A stretch of 63,084 bases of DNA, filler included, from Phoronis australis (lineage: Eukaryota > Animalia > Phoronida), in assembly GCA_002633005.1 (NCBI GenBank). It is 9 parts of 9 records of this genome, joined end to end, with 100 filler letters (N's around TTAATTAATTAA, not from the genome) between each part and the next. Parts side by side here need not be neighbours in the genome. Positions count along the whole stretch, not along the records: positions 1 to 3,109 come from NMRA01003215.1; positions 3,210 to 26,424 come from NMRA01001374.1; 7 more parts are not named here. One strand, 5' to 3'. Position numbers and translations under genes: made by a program. Below the pieces are notes generated by a model. The model was given only the letters and a program-made list of their open reading frames with translations, was not told the origin of the DNA and searched no databases. This document shows, piece after piece, positions 1-13,200 of the stretch. Numbering within the stretch: position 1 is the stretch's first letter; each line of letters opens with the position of its first letter.

Positions 1-754
1 TGTCCAAAGTATAATGAAAACCACATGATCTTATTGGCTGTTACGATAGCTTTCAGAAATTTCTCGTGCATCGACCCCAGAACCAAAGTGGTAAAGATCG
101 TCAAAAAATAGATATTCACATGAAAATACTTGCAAACAAGTTTGACCACATGCTTTTAAAAGTGCATGTGCTCAAATTTTGGGCATCTTAAATGGAACTA
201 TCTGTACTAATTACTTAACATTTATTCTGACAGGCTTGTTTCATGAAACATCCTAGGTCAGAGACTGAAGTCTGCATGGCTAACTCGAGACCAATTAACC
301 TGTTGTAGCCCTGTTTCTTGAAATTTCGACAAAAATGTTATGTCGTTGCAAACGAACGGTATCCTGCAAAATGAAGATTATGCTTCATATACTTGTCAGC
401 TAGGCACACCATTTCATGAGTTTTTTAGTTCACTGAATTGCAGTCAAACCAGTGTATCTTCACAAGTCTTTGAATCCTTAGCAACATTTAAAGGGCCTTA
501 TAAATTACAGTAATGGTGAAGTCAGGTCAAAATGTCCGTCACTTTGCAGAGGTCGTGAATCAAGCAGTGCAAGCTGTCATGAGGAGTGAACCCTCGGCTA
601 ATAAAAAAATGTTCTGCATGCGTTCTGTGTTTATATCGACAAACACGGATGTTTCTTACGCCACTGTATATCACATACACTATGTGGCTTCGTGTCAATT
701 TGTTCACCTTTTCCCTTGTTTTTCACGTTTCAATGAGTATATTAATATTTACAG

Positions 755-884
755 GTGACTATCCCAGCTCTTGCCACACAGTTTCCAAATGGCTTGCAAC
801 CCACCAAGCTGAGCCGGTCCCCAGACGATGCCAAGCAGCTAGCTGCTGAGTATATCTTGAGCACTCTAGGAATTCCAGTTGACA
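755..884 (+). CDS. A1CF: Internal exon of an A1CF/RBM47/RBM46-family RNA-binding protein (C-terminal dsRBD-like domain)
   Basis: Acceptor atttacag|G and donor A|gtaagc. It reads VTIPALATQFPNGLQPTKLSRSPDDAKQLAAEYILSTLGIPVD, closely resembling the A1CF segment ITIPALASQ...PPKLSAFVDEAKTYAAEYTLQTLGIPTD. The exact paralog is uncertain. Confidence 0.85.
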
Positions 885-926
885 GTAAGCGGACATTATT
901 TACCTGACCAACATCTTCATGTACTG

Positions 927-1854
927 CCGTAAACATTCAGGTTAACGCCATGGGCACTTTAATTGTGGAGTTTGGAATCGGGGGAGGGGGAAGGAGGAGA
1001 GGAGTGCTTATTCAAACGTGGGCGCTTCACCTAAGCCTACCAGTTATTCTGGTCACCTGTGACTGTCGAATTCGAAGTCCACAGGCTTGAAGTTCAAAGA
1101 ATTGGCTTCAAGGCTAGTTGCCGATGCGAAAGTAATTAATGAATCATTTTCTAATCTTAGAGGACTTACCTGCCCGCATTGTCATCGCAAACTCCCTCCA
1201 CATCTGCCGAAAAAACGTGTTGATGTGCGATGAATTTGTCGAGCAAAAATCTTACGATTGCAGATGTTAATGTATTCAGTGATTAGTCTTGCCTTGAAAG
1301 CATCGAAATACTTCAACTTTGTGTTTATTTCCATTAGTGGGTGATTTGAGTTCACTGCCATGGCCTTTATGTGCTCCATATAGGGACAAAATTGGTCGGA
1401 CACAAAACGAACACGTGACCTGTCACTAGTGCTACTTGGCATTAAGCGGTAAACAAAGCCAGAATTTGGCTCGTACGTAAACTTTGAGCAAAGACGGATT
1501 TTTTCGAAAATTGAATTTGTTGTTGTATTGTATGGGACTTCGTGGGTGACTATATTCTTTGTAAATGTCAATTTTAACTACACAGCCTTTTCAATACTCT
1601 GCGAAAGAAGCTAACACAATACAGATACAGTGTTCCTGGCGGTAGCTGCAAACTCTCACACAGCGACTCCTAAATTGGTCCGGTCTCTGCATTTGAAAGT
1701 GCGCCTTACTGTTTTGAAAATCAATTTGGTGAAATAAACTACGGGTGGGCACTAGCTAAATCAGTGAGCGGTTAATGAAAATTGTCAGAGTTGAAATTCT
1801 AAAAGTAAGGTTAGGCACTTACATGAGAAGGGGCATTAACCTGAATGTTTACGA
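927..1854. mobile_element. Non-autonomous TIR element (CCGTA-type termini, possibly Tc1/mariner-pogo related)
   Basis: Inverted repeat cgtaaacattcaggttaacgcc (from 928) versus ggcattaacctgaatgtttacg (ending 1853). The right flank is TA and the left flank TG. Confidence 0.55.
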
Positions 1855-3109
1855 TAACAATTTTTTATTTTGACATATTTACTGAACATATTTCCCATTG
1901 TTTTGGTTTGGTCCACCTGACTGGGCAAAATGCGTTTCACCTTTTTGGATAATTTTTAGACCACAGAAAGTAACCGGTTCTCTGCAACGCTTTTGTCGTT
2001 TCACGCTAAAAATTGTCTTTGCCAATCTGCAGCCATTAGCTGAAGCTGTGACAGCTATTCAGCAAGCAACTGCCACTTCACCCAATTATTTTGAATAATT
2101 GTCAAAACAAAATTTAAATCCAGGTGGTTGAGTGCGAGGACACTGTCCTCATTTGTGTTAAACGCAGTAGTTTAAACAATAAAGTTGCCGTCAAAATTTG
2201 ACAGTTTTGGTGCACAAAAACACAACTAGAATGTTCATTTGTTTTTTTTTACAAGAATCCATTTCAATTCTAGTTAACTCTTTTACAACACATTGAAAGG
2301 TTTTGCTCCATTCACAGTTTGGAAACCTCAACTTATTAGTGTCCACTGTTCCATTACATAATTAAGCAACTAGCATTGAGGTTCAGTAACGCGTCATCAA
2401 ACTCAGACTGATGTTCGACAAAACAGCTCTTTCATGCAACAAAATTAACTATCAAATAATTCTGGCAATTTATCCAAGTTTGGCAGGGTTCTGTCCAAGT
2501 CTGACTCTACTTTATTTTGAAAACTACTGCCACTTTCATTTACAAATTAATTCATTGTTATTGAATTCAAGATTGAGTGTCGCGTGTGCCAAGTTATTAA
2601 TTGATATGTAAAAAGGTCCTTTAAATAAATGTTTTCACTGACCAATTTAAACTTGCTGCAGTGAGAGAGTCTTAAAAGAGTTGAATGTTTTGTCAAAGGA
2701 ATACATGGATCAGTACCTGGCATTGCCGTGGTGCAATGCCTTTAACTAGCCGTTTGTGATTATGTTATGTGTAATCATTGAAAATTGAAGGACATGGTTC
2801 CCATGTTCTCTAGAATTTTCCTCGTAGTCTGCACTACTCTGTTCTACTGGTAGACATTTCCATCACCTGCACCACACCAATCATACATGTAGATCACTGC
2901 ATATGGTACTTTTTCACTTATTTGGCACACATTTTGACTGATGAGTGGAATTTTATATTGCCAAAATTCATCTCGAAAAAAGAAGTATCCTATTTCTGGG
3001 ATGTTTTGTACAACATTCGACAGCTGCCTCTATTTGCAGCAAAGTGACCTGCTTTTGAAAGCTGGATAATGAAAATTTTGGCAATTGTTTGTTTGTGAAA
3101 TAAGTGGAT

Positions 3110-3209
3110 NNNNNNNNNNNNNNNNNNNNNNNNNNNNNNNNNNNNNNNNNNNNTTAATTAATTAANNNNNNNNNNNNNNNNNNNNNNNNNNNNNNNNNNN
3201 NNNNNNNNN
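3110..3209. other. Artificial contig-joining spacer
   Basis: 44 N + TTAATTAATTAA + 44 N, repeated identically eight times in the window. Confidence 0.97.
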
Positions 3210-3974
3210 CACAGTTGCTTGCTTACGTCCCGTCAGACTTATGTAAGAAAGTAAGTGTGCCATTCTACATCCTACTTTTCCATAACCCCGGATCATAACT
3301 TTTCTAGCTGTTCTATCATTTTTCTTTCCCCAAATAATTTTTAAATGACATTTTATAAACGCTTGGGAAGGAGAAGGGGGTGTGATAAACGGATGTGTTA
3401 ATTTTGATAAAAAAAATAGTTTTTCCAACAGCAACCTTCCAAGTGTCGTAAGAACACGTCTAGACAAGACATAGAATGTTTTATTTGTTTCCTTCCGTTA
3501 TAATGGTAGTTGAAATTTGGAATTATTCCAAGTCTACGCTATACATGTATGTAATTCCCAATAGGGTAAAAGTTTCACTGACCCATCTTAAATTTGTTGG
3601 AGAGCATATGGTGGTCTCAGAGTGTTTCTTGGAACCAATCCATAAGCTATTTCAGCGATTACTGACAGCTGCAAAAGACAGGTGTGAAAGTTCATCAAGC
3701 CTTTTAAGAATGATTCCATATAAAAACCATATGAAAATGAAAAATCACTATATACTCAAAAATTCATATAGAACTAATACTTTGTGCATGTGTTGGGATG
3801 CTGGCCCAAAGTACACTGCTGCAATATTTGCACTCAATGACCTTTGGTTACCGAGATATGACCTATTTGGCTATAAAGTCATAATAAATTTTGTCTTTTT
3901 TCATGTCAGTAAAACTGCATTTTTGAACGGCAAAAAATCAGACTTGGAAAACTGGTGACAAAGTTTGACATTAA

Positions 3975-4348
3975 GGTAGGTGGATACACAAAAAAATTAA
4001 TTTTTACTGTTTTTTACATTTTTATGTCATCCTAATCTTTAATTCTTGATGCACAGTATACTGAAGAAAAATAAAATCATTCTGAAAATCCAAAGTTGTT
4101 TTTTTTAGCTATATTTGACCAAACCTCAGTAAGTCATATGGCTTGAGTGCTCACCAGCTCAGTGATTGACAAATGGGGCGGAGCTTATATACAAGGACTC
4201 TAGCTCTAATCTAACCCTGTCAACAAGCATTGCGTAACCGGGCAATCGAGAGAGATGTACCAGCTGATATTTGTGTTGTAGCAAGACCAAGAATAAAACA
4301 ATTCTATTTTTGACCATGTGAAAGTTGGTAGTGAAATGGTGAACTAGC
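3975..4348 (+). mobile_element. Left-end fragment of the Kolobok-type family seen complete at 13640-15398
   Basis: Begins TTAA|GGTAGGTGGATAC and is near-identical to 13640-14012 for about 373 bp before diverging. No matching right end was found. Confidence 0.75.
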
Positions 4349-5166
4349 ATATCGGCCTATATCGGTAAAAAACTCTTGACGCATGCAACGCGTCAATCAC
4401 AGGGCTGGTTAAGGTCTTGCTTGCTTTATTGTCAGTGTGTTTTATTGCCATGTGGTCTTACTAAATCGATTTCTTAGTTCCTGAACTAAGCTCCACAACA
4501 TACACCCACACTCCTTTGTGACATGCACTAGTTGCTCTACTCTTTTTTGGAAGGCGTGGACTTATACACCCTGAAGGACTGTTCGTGTGGCTACAGTTCG
4601 ACTGAAAAAATAAACCAATTCAGTTATTTTTGTTAGACTAAATCTCACAAAGAAATCCTAAAAACGATGAAATATAATTAAAAATCAACTCATCAACTAA
4701 TTCAGGGTGCGTATTATTCTAAAATTATTGACATAATACCGTAACTTGAACGACTATTCAGTCCAATGTAGGGAAAAAAATGTGCGTTCACTATCGCTAT
4801 AGAGAATCAACGATTTCGTTCCCCATCGGTGTCTCGCACAAGGACCTGCGTGTATTGGTAAGTATCTCGAATTGTTTCACAAATCATGACTAACAAAGGT
4901 GTCACCAGGGACGATTTAACTCTACACGTCACACGTCTCTTCTTAATAACCCTGGAATTGCTAATAACAAGTAGAAATTGTCGATTTTACGAGGCGCAAG
5001 GTATTTTACCGAAAGCCAGTGCTTTCTGAGCTCTTTGTTTTAAAAAATAATTAAAACCAAGTATTATTTAAGATCCACAACAAAAACCATACTCTGACGC
5101 TTTTCTGTGTGTCGCAGTGGGGCCAAAGTAGCCTATATTTAGGAGGAAAATGACACTTAAACTCAC

Positions 5167-5363
5167 CGGGTGCGTCACCGTCGTCTGAAATTTCTGGTGC
5201 AAGGTCTCGTTCTCGATCGCCTTCCGGGCGTTCTCGATCGCGGGTTGGCCGGGGTGCATTTGGTTTTGCAGTCCAGCCGACTTATTTTGATGTCCGCACA
5301 AGTGGTTTTGAAGTCCGACCAACTGTTGATTCCTCCCTTGGAATTGTTGCCGACGAAGTACCG
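5167..5363 (-). CDS. Possible exon of unknown protein (Q/N-rich)
   Basis: GC-richer island with acceptor catttacag| and donor CCG|gtgagt on the minus strand and an open frame. No recognisable homology. Confidence 0.3.
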
Positions 5364-6907
5364 CTGTAAATGACAACACTTAGTGTGGTATACCCTGCTC
5401 ACTAATTTGTGAGATCACAACGAGAAGTCTTGGGTAGTGGGGCTTCCGGGGGGATCACGTGTTTTTTAATTAAGTAGAAATATACTCTGTTGGATAACCC
5501 CAATATATTCATTTTTTGAGTCGTTGATGATTACGATGTTCTTGTTGGTAACATAATTTTACAACGGTTTGGATATGTATACATTCGTAGTTCGATTTTA
5601 GTTTTTGCCAGGAAAACAGTGCGGAGTGCATCTTTAACAAAGGCGCGTTAAACCAACAAATCACGTGACCTCAAAATAAACTGAAAACACTGAAAATATT
5701 GTCGTGTAGGTTGCTTTTTGTTTCTTTATACATGAAAAAAGGAAACACTTTGATACGGTGATCCTTCACCAATAAGCCTTTTGGGAGATAATATGTAGTT
5801 CCACCTCTCGTGGCGTCATGGTGCTAACCTCATTGTTACTGTACAGGGAAATTTTTGCTTTCAACATGGAAATCTATAGACCGCGTGAATACTCATACAA
5901 TAAGATGGCAATTTTGTCTCACTTTTTCTGCTCAGTTTGGAAACACACAAATCGTCTACCGTCTGATGCGTCGCAGATCCACTGCCTTCAGAATATGGAA
6001 CTGACCATCGCAGGTTTGTTCAAAAAACACTGAGCGAATTGCTGCAAAATGTCCTATTACAGCGACAGCAACTGAAAAGTCGCTTTGTTCCACAACGGTT
6101 GATCAAAGAATAGCTCGCAAAGGGACACGAACGGTTTAGCGACAGCTACCAACGGTTGCTGGAGTCAACCCTTGCCTTTTGGAGAAAGCGCATTATGTAG
6201 ACAGACATACCTCTGTCTCTCAAACGTACGCGTGATGTTGTTACATGTATCAATCTTTTGATGAATCAGTAGTAGTTATCATACACACTATTCATGACAA
6301 TCATTTATAAAGTAACATAATTTAAAAACACAGGCCCAATGAATATGTTTTTTGTGATGAACACTAATGGGAAGTTCGCCCTACAAGTATAAATAACGCA
6401 ATCAAATAAATTGTTATGACTTACAAAAACATTCAAGCAGACAATGACTACATATTGTATTGCACCCGTCATAGGCCTAAGGGGAGTACCTGGTAACGTT
6501 GGATATCAGTGGAATAGTTGTTCATTTTTAACGTGCTGAGAACTAAGTTAAAGAAAAAAACTTTAAAAGGATACCAAACCCGGTGGTTTTGCTCTGTTAA
6601 CAGGAACTAAAAACGACTTTCCCATCCATTCTCTGAAACAAAATATTTCTCTCTAACCATTGTCAACCCTGGGAAGTTTGGAATAAAATTTGAAAACTAC
6701 TGTCTACTAAATGGGAAAGCGTAACCTAAGCTTTCAGCAAATTGACCTATCGCCAGGATTATGACGGACGGCTTAATTAACCAATCAGAACGCAGCATTC
6801 TTGGCACACCTTCGTCTGCGTTTCCAAGCCGCCATTTTACCCGACAAACCACACGCAGTCGAGTAAAACTTACTTTAGTCTATAGCTCAAGAAATTGTCC
6901 GCTAAGA

Positions 6908-7097
6908 ATGGGGAAAACGGTGTTGATATGGCGTGTGTAGCACCGACAGCCGTTATGCTGCTCCAGAATAATATCCCGTCATTTTTTGGCATGTCCTAAG
7001 CCGAAAAATGATGTTGAAAAGCGTAAACTATGGATCAAACTGTACGGCCACACGAGCAGCTGAACTTAGCGATGTTGCTTGATAACTCGAAGGCTAT
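6908..7097 (+). pseudogene. Degenerate THAP-like N-terminus of a transposase
   Basis: Across frameshifts and stops it reads MGK.RC*YGVCSTDSRYA...CPKPKNDVEKRKLWIKL..RPHEQLNL, a THAP-type C..C/PKP/W pattern. Confidence 0.65.
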
Positions 7098-8027
7098 NNN
7101 NNNNNNNNNNNNNNNNNNNNNNNNNNNNNNNNNNNNNNNNNNNNNNNNNNNNNNNNNNNNNNNNNNNNNNNNNNNNNNNNNNNNNNNNNNNNNNNNNNNN
7201 NNNNNNNNNNNNNNNNNNNNNNNNNNNNNNNNNNNNNNNNNNNNNNNNNNNNNNNNNNNAAAGCCTTGGTTGAGCTGTTGTCACTAAAAATAAACTGTTG
7301 AATTACTTTTTGACGTGTACCTCTAGTATACACTATGTCTGTAGAGTTAGACAGAGCTCATTTTGAAGTTGTTCAAACATGATATTTAGATTTATGAAGC
7401 TTTAAAAAAGAATTTGAGTTATTTTTGTAAATACCCTATTTTTGCAACTACCACACCAGACTTGTAATCTTTTGTAACCATACCACGACTTAATGATCAT
7501 GCTACGGTGTTCCTGTTTTTTTAGTCCACCGGTAGATTTTCTGAACAGAAGGTCCAACGGTCTACATCCCTGGCCCCTGCAACTTTCGGGTCGCCTGTGC
7601 ACATGCAATTGCACTTTGCCCAATTCCACGAGGCAACATATGTAGCCCCCCCCTGTGGTATCCTAGATCCCCCCACTGAATTCCAGACATTGATTTTACT
7701 TAGACACAGCCCTAGACCTACAGGAGCTAACTGAGATGAGTATATACCTGAGCTATGAACTTGAATTTTTTTATCAAAATATTTCGTTACAAGATTAGAA
7801 AAGCGTACAGTGCTATCGAGTCGACCTAGTCAGACACTATAGTGCATGTGTTGTCTGTAATCTATGACCTACTTTACGCCAGGAGTCCCACCAGTTGTGA
7901 CCTACTTTTCATTTGGCGAAATTTAGCAGACGACAGAATAAAAATATCGGTGAATCTTCAGTGATTTTATTCGAAAGATCATGAAGTATATGGAATCGTA
8001 CAGATAATTCGACTTTAAGGTACATAC

Positions 8028-8259
8028 CCAGCTTTACATGAGCATATCGTATCAGTGGCCTTGTCATTTGTCAGGTGAAGGTGGCCCCGAGCACTTATTT
8101 TTTTCATCGTCATCTTTACAAATTCCCGTATCGTGAACGTACGATTCACTGTTGAAGGCATCGCCTCTTGTCTCTGTCGACACGTTTTCAAATAGTACAA
8201 AAACTCTTATCGATTCTACCAGGAACGTCGTTTAGCGACAGTGTATTTGCCTCTGTCAT
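8028..8259 (-). pseudogene. Degenerate first exon of ISL2EU ORF2 (SWIM finger, normally upstream of a YqaJ-type exonuclease)
   Basis: Reads MTEANTLSLNDVPGRID...RGDAFNSESYVHD...HLHLTNDKATDTICSCKAG then a gtatgt donor, with frameshifts. CSCKAG is the SWIM signature start. Confidence 0.6.
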
Positions 8260-8662
8260 CTTGTTCGAATGTCGGGTATCACGTGACTTTTCGCATGGGG
8301 GTGGAGCTTGCGATAGGTCAATTACACGGAGACTGTAAGAAAAGAGCACCCAGCAAGGACCACAGCATCCAATCTGTGACATAGGGACCATAAGTTTTTA
8401 GTTGATCGTGCCGTTTAACTTGGATGATTGACGACAACGATGCATTAGCAAATGACAGAACGAAGATTTGTTGAAATCATTAAAACAGGGTTAAGTGTCC
8501 TTTTAATACGGAAGAATGCAACTATAGCAGTTTAGAAAATCATGCAAATTTAAACGATTTCGGAAGTCTCAAATTGTGATAAGATCAATTAAGACAGGTA
8601 GTGGCAATTTGCCAGTTTCCGTAGGCATTGCAGTTTTGATTATTCTATCGAGCGGTTCCCAT

Positions 8663-8997
8663 GGAAACTATACCGGGCGGGATGTAGAAAGACGTTAGTG
8701 TGAAACAATAGTGGGCGGAATGTAGGAAGACATTAGTTTGAAGCCATACTGTCATCGGGATGTAGAAAGTCATTAGTTTGAAACTATACGGGGAGACATA
8801 AAGAAAAACATTAGTTTGAAACTACACTGGGTGGGTTGTAGAAAAACATTAATTTGAAACTGTACTGGGCGGGATGAAGACAGATATTAGTTTGAAATTA
8901 TAACTGGCGGGGTGTAGAAAGACAATAGTTTGCAATTATACCAAGCCGGATTTAGGAAGATATTAATTTGAAACTATACTTGGTGAGATATAGAAAC
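8663..8997. repeat. Degenerate ~40-bp minisatellite, about 8-9 units
   Basis: Recurrent consensus gaaactatacnggcgggatgtagaaagacattagttt. Confidence 0.85.
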
Positions 8998-9663
8998 TTT
9001 GAAAATGATGTTAAAGATGAATATAAACAACATGTTTGATTAAACACAGAACCAGTGCGTCAATTGAAAATATATCGACTTAATTTATTCTCATGGATAT
9101 GCCCTCTAGACGTTATGTAGTGATAGGCGGAAACAATTAGTTGTCATTTTAATGGCAAAAACAGTTATCGGCTCAGTACTTAAGTATTGATTAATGTAAC
9201 TAAAACCTCACCCTGGCACCACATTCATGTAAACTCGTTACTTTTCAATTTGATAGAATAATCTTCAGAAAAAAATATAATTAATGAATGTCAACCTATT
9301 CAAGTCTCCTTTACAGAGATAATTTGAATCCTAAAGTGCTTTCGGTAATAAAGCTACTTAGTATTTTCCATAACTATTTTCATCATTGTTGTAACCCGTT
9401 TCCAATGCGTCAAAGTTAATAGCATTTTAGGAGTCAGCTGGAGTCCTCGGTATAACATATTTCTTAACTGTAAAAATAAAGCTTCAAAAGACGCAACTCG
9501 TTTTTGTATTTTTACTTATTAAATGTAATGTTCTGTTTTAGTAAATTCATCAAAACAAGTACGATGAAGTTAAGTATTAGATGCAAATTAACATTTAGAT
9601 GATTATTAAAGCTGGTATCCGTGTACGTAAATGCCGTGTCCGGCAACAGCTCATATAGTCTGC

Positions 9664-9837
9664 TAGGTATTACCATTCATGGCAACATACTTACATGTAG
9701 GTATTACCATTCATGGCAACATACTTACATGTAGGTATTACCATTCATGGCAACATACTTACATGTAGGTATTACCATTCATGGCAACATACTTACATGT
9801 AGGTATTACCATTCATGGCAACATACTTACATGTAGG
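9664..9837. repeat. Perfect 34-bp tandem repeat, 5 copies
   Basis: Unit taggtattaccattcatggcaacatacttacatg. Confidence 0.97.
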
Positions 9838-10042
9838 AGCTCCTGATTTTTCAGTCGAAATATTGTAGATTTGCCACATTTCCACGTTAACGGTAGTAAC
9901 TGGCCATATCAGTTCCTTGACAACTTTCGGATTCATATTTATTTGTCGATTTCCTTGGTGCTCCCTACGTTGTTGATATATTAAAAAGTTCGAAGTGTTT
10001 GGGACTACAGGACAAATGCCATGTGTTAGATTTGTATGTATG

Positions 10043-10279
10043 AGGCCCGTTCCAAAAACACTGACTTAACTAAGACAGATCTTAGATTTACGCCAATTTC
10101 AAGGTAAAACTTCCTATTTGTCTAAAATCCGTTCCCAGAAATTGATCTTACGTTTCCCTTGAGTTTTTTACCTACGTTTTGTCTCAAGTTCGACTAACTT
10201 ACTGGACGAGGACGTTTCAAAGTTTGGAAGTTGAGACCAATCTTGGACTTCAGTCAAAATTGAACTTTGGAACTGGCCC
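10043..10279. mobile_element. PIF/Harbinger-like MITE
   Basis: TIR aggcccgttccaaa / tttggaactggccc, flanked by a 3-bp direct repeat ATG. Confidence 0.65.
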
Positions 10280-13200
10280 ATGGTCACTTGGAACAGTTTG
10301 AATTTCTTGTACCTTCAGGAACCTGGAACGTAAAAGACATCATACCAATACATAAGACATTCATTTTGTAAGTCGTACATGGTTCCATCATTTCATAACA
10401 TTGTTCGACATTGGCACGAGGCAACACATGTAAGCGGTTCTTACAAGGGGAACAGTTGTCACAGTGCGAGTTGTGCAGGCACGACTTGCTTCAGATTTAA
10501 ACGCATCTACACGACATCAAGTTAGATCTTACACTGGATGAGCATGAGTCATATACACGAAGACTCTCTGCGCATGCTTCCATAAACAATAGCAAACGTC
10601 CAAACAACATGGAATGCTAGAGAATCACTCGTATCTATGTCATTACGCAAGAGTAGCTGAGATATTTCCTTCAGCTTTACCCCAGTCTAAGACCGCGGTT
10701 CAAGCCCTTGTTTTGCTCCCCAAAAATGAAGAAATTGGGATTGGTCAGGTTTGACGGCAGTTTTGTGGACTAAATGGGAAGTGGTTGCCACGAATGGTAT
10801 TCAGTAGTTCCTTGAAGTTGATTCCTCTGTACATGTCTACTCGGATACGGATATGCCGCCATTTTCACATCCTCGTTGCGTCTTTTGTCTTCTGGGCGCG
10901 AATCCAGATACCCTTAAGATAAGTGGAAACTGCCAAAAATCTGGTTGGTATTGACATATTTTAACCTTATTTTTTGTGATCTAGAGTGGATAAGTATTCA
11001 GATTATGTTCTCCATTCTTGCACCGGGGCAGTCGTGAATTTGTTTAATAGGTAAAAATGGCGGGATCGCAATTTTTGGTCATTTTTCGATATCATTTTTT
11101 CGTGGTGGACGCACCAAAATAAAAAGACACTGCTTTGTTGGATTTCTTCACCTCTGTGACACTCACAGTACTTTATGCTAGTTATGGATTTTTTCAGGGT
11201 GCAAACAAGGGCTTCCATTGACCCAGACCAATGATAACGTCAAAATCAGCCACTCCAGCTGTGGTCTTAGTTCCCCTGTTTGTTGTTAGATGTCTAATTA
11301 AAATTGGAGCAGCTGATCGAGTGCAGATGGCTTTACCTCTCAAACCGTGGCTGTGTCAACTTGCACCGTGTCAGTCGTGTATGCACACACATTCGCGCCC
11401 CATCAGCTGTTCCGTGTTTCTTGCTCCGTGACAAGTGTCTCTGTGTAAATGCGGCTGCAGAAATGTTCTGAGTTAGTGACGAAATACCTTTTACTCTATA
11501 TCTTCAAAGTTCCTTGGCGGATTTTCGTGAAATTTGGCAAAGTCATATCTATATGGTTGAGAGAACACCACTTTTGCTTCGCCACGTTGTAGCTGTTTTT
11601 GATGTTTTTAGTCTGTTTTTTTTTGACGTCTGCAAAGTGCATGGGTGACGGCGATTTTTGAATGGGTCTGACTGCTTGGGTGACCTTTTGTGGTAATTTT
11701 ATCTTCATGAATTTTGGCATACTCTTTGAATCAGTAGAGTAATACGGCCATGTGATATTGTTTTCCATATTCCCATCCCAGACTACTTCAACAGTGACCT
11801 CTGACGTGTAAAGTTCAAAAAGTTGGTCAATATCGACTCGGCGTCGGTAGTCGGTTCGATTATCAAACTTTCCCAAAGTAGTTTAAGGTAATACAATTGC
11901 ATCAGTAACACTCGACATGCAATCTGGTCCAAAACGTAACATTTGGAACAACACTTTTAATTATATGGCCCCTCTGTCACGCGCTGATTCCTCGCTAACT
12001 ACAATGTAAAGTATTGTTGTTATTTACGTGTAACTATTTTCAGGAAATGTTACAATTTCAATGCGCAATTACCGTTGTTTTCAACTTTGATATCTCTTTG
12101 CAAGTAATAAATCTTTACATTTAAAACTTTTTTTCACTAGAGGAAAGTCGCAACCTAATGCGATCGATACGCGAAAAAATATGCCACTTATTTATCATTA
12201 CACCTAGGTACAGTACATGTATATAGATAGGCTATATTTGTCGCCAAATCTGTGATGTGTCATGTTCCCACTTTTGTCTGATGTTCTCGTGCAGTCACTC
12301 TTAAGGTTGTAGTTAAGGTTGTGGTGGTACACCCAATAGTTTTCCGAATTCATTCGCGTTTGCGTGTATTTGGTTCATTTTAGAGTTAGTTCTTACGGTT
12401 TATGAGTTAAACTTGAACTCTAAAATAGCAAACATTTTCGTATCTGATAGCCTTTACATGAATAGTAATTTAAGTACCTTAATCCACTTGAAAGGTGTTC
12501 TGTACAAGGTCATATAAATCAAACCCCGACAGTCTGTCCCACACGTACGAGTTCCTCACCAACAACTTCTGGTAACGGTCTTTAAAAGAAATGCAATTCT
12601 CACAATACTATGCAGAAAAGTATCGACAATTTATCGTGCTAAAACCGTCATACACATTCTTATAGTGTAATTCACAAATAGTAGACTTCAAGTTCTTCAA
12701 ACTTTCATCCTTTCGATATTTTTCAATAAAATCACTCTTCCGATTGTTACGGCAAAAAAATTGATACTTGTGTACTTTCCACGAATAAGTTTGTGTTCAT
12801 TCGATGAGTTTAATTTTTTTCTTCCCTTCATGAATTGTTTGCAAAGACAAATTTATAGATGGACAAAGAGCAATTACCCGGCTGTCTCTCCGAGTAAGGA
12901 ATTTGAAAAGGAGCCCTTAATATGAAAATCTAAATATTATTAACAAGAGCAATGCGGAGAGTTGAAAGGCGCCTACGACTTTACTGCTTCTGTGGTGTTT
13001 TAAGCATCACACAAATGGCCATTAGATGGTCCATAATACCTCAAACCCGTCGGAATTGAGAAGGCAGTGCGGTCTCTGCAATACCAACTACTTGCCATGA
13101 AAATAAGCCACGGAACTTCTAAGTTTTATAGGCAAAGGTAAAAATATTTGACACAAGAGGGCACAGATATAATCTGATTGGTCCATAACATGTCTTCTGT

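Larger units (their letters stand above)
6741..8322. mobile_element. Internally deleted ISL2EU-like (PHIS group) DNA transposon
   Basis: TIRs at|tgacctatcgc ... gcgataggtca|at with AT flanks. It carries a THAP-like stub on + and a convergent SWIM-finger stub on -, the two-ORF layout of ISL2EU. An N gap lies at 7098-7259. Confidence 0.75.

Noticed and set aside
3154-3165. TTAATTAATTAA as a biological motif or transposon target
   Set aside because: It is always centred in a fixed N block, so it is an assembly linker.
3476-3958. 160-aa ORF, and similar ORFs at 11496-11876, 13823-14260, 35819-36250, 38375-38830 and 54982-55491
   Set aside because: No recognisable motifs, atypical composition, and mostly inside repeats; likely chance ORFs.
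9664-9837. CRISPR array (34-bp repeats)
   Set aside because: The repeats are directly adjacent with no spacers, there are no cas genes and the context is eukaryotic.
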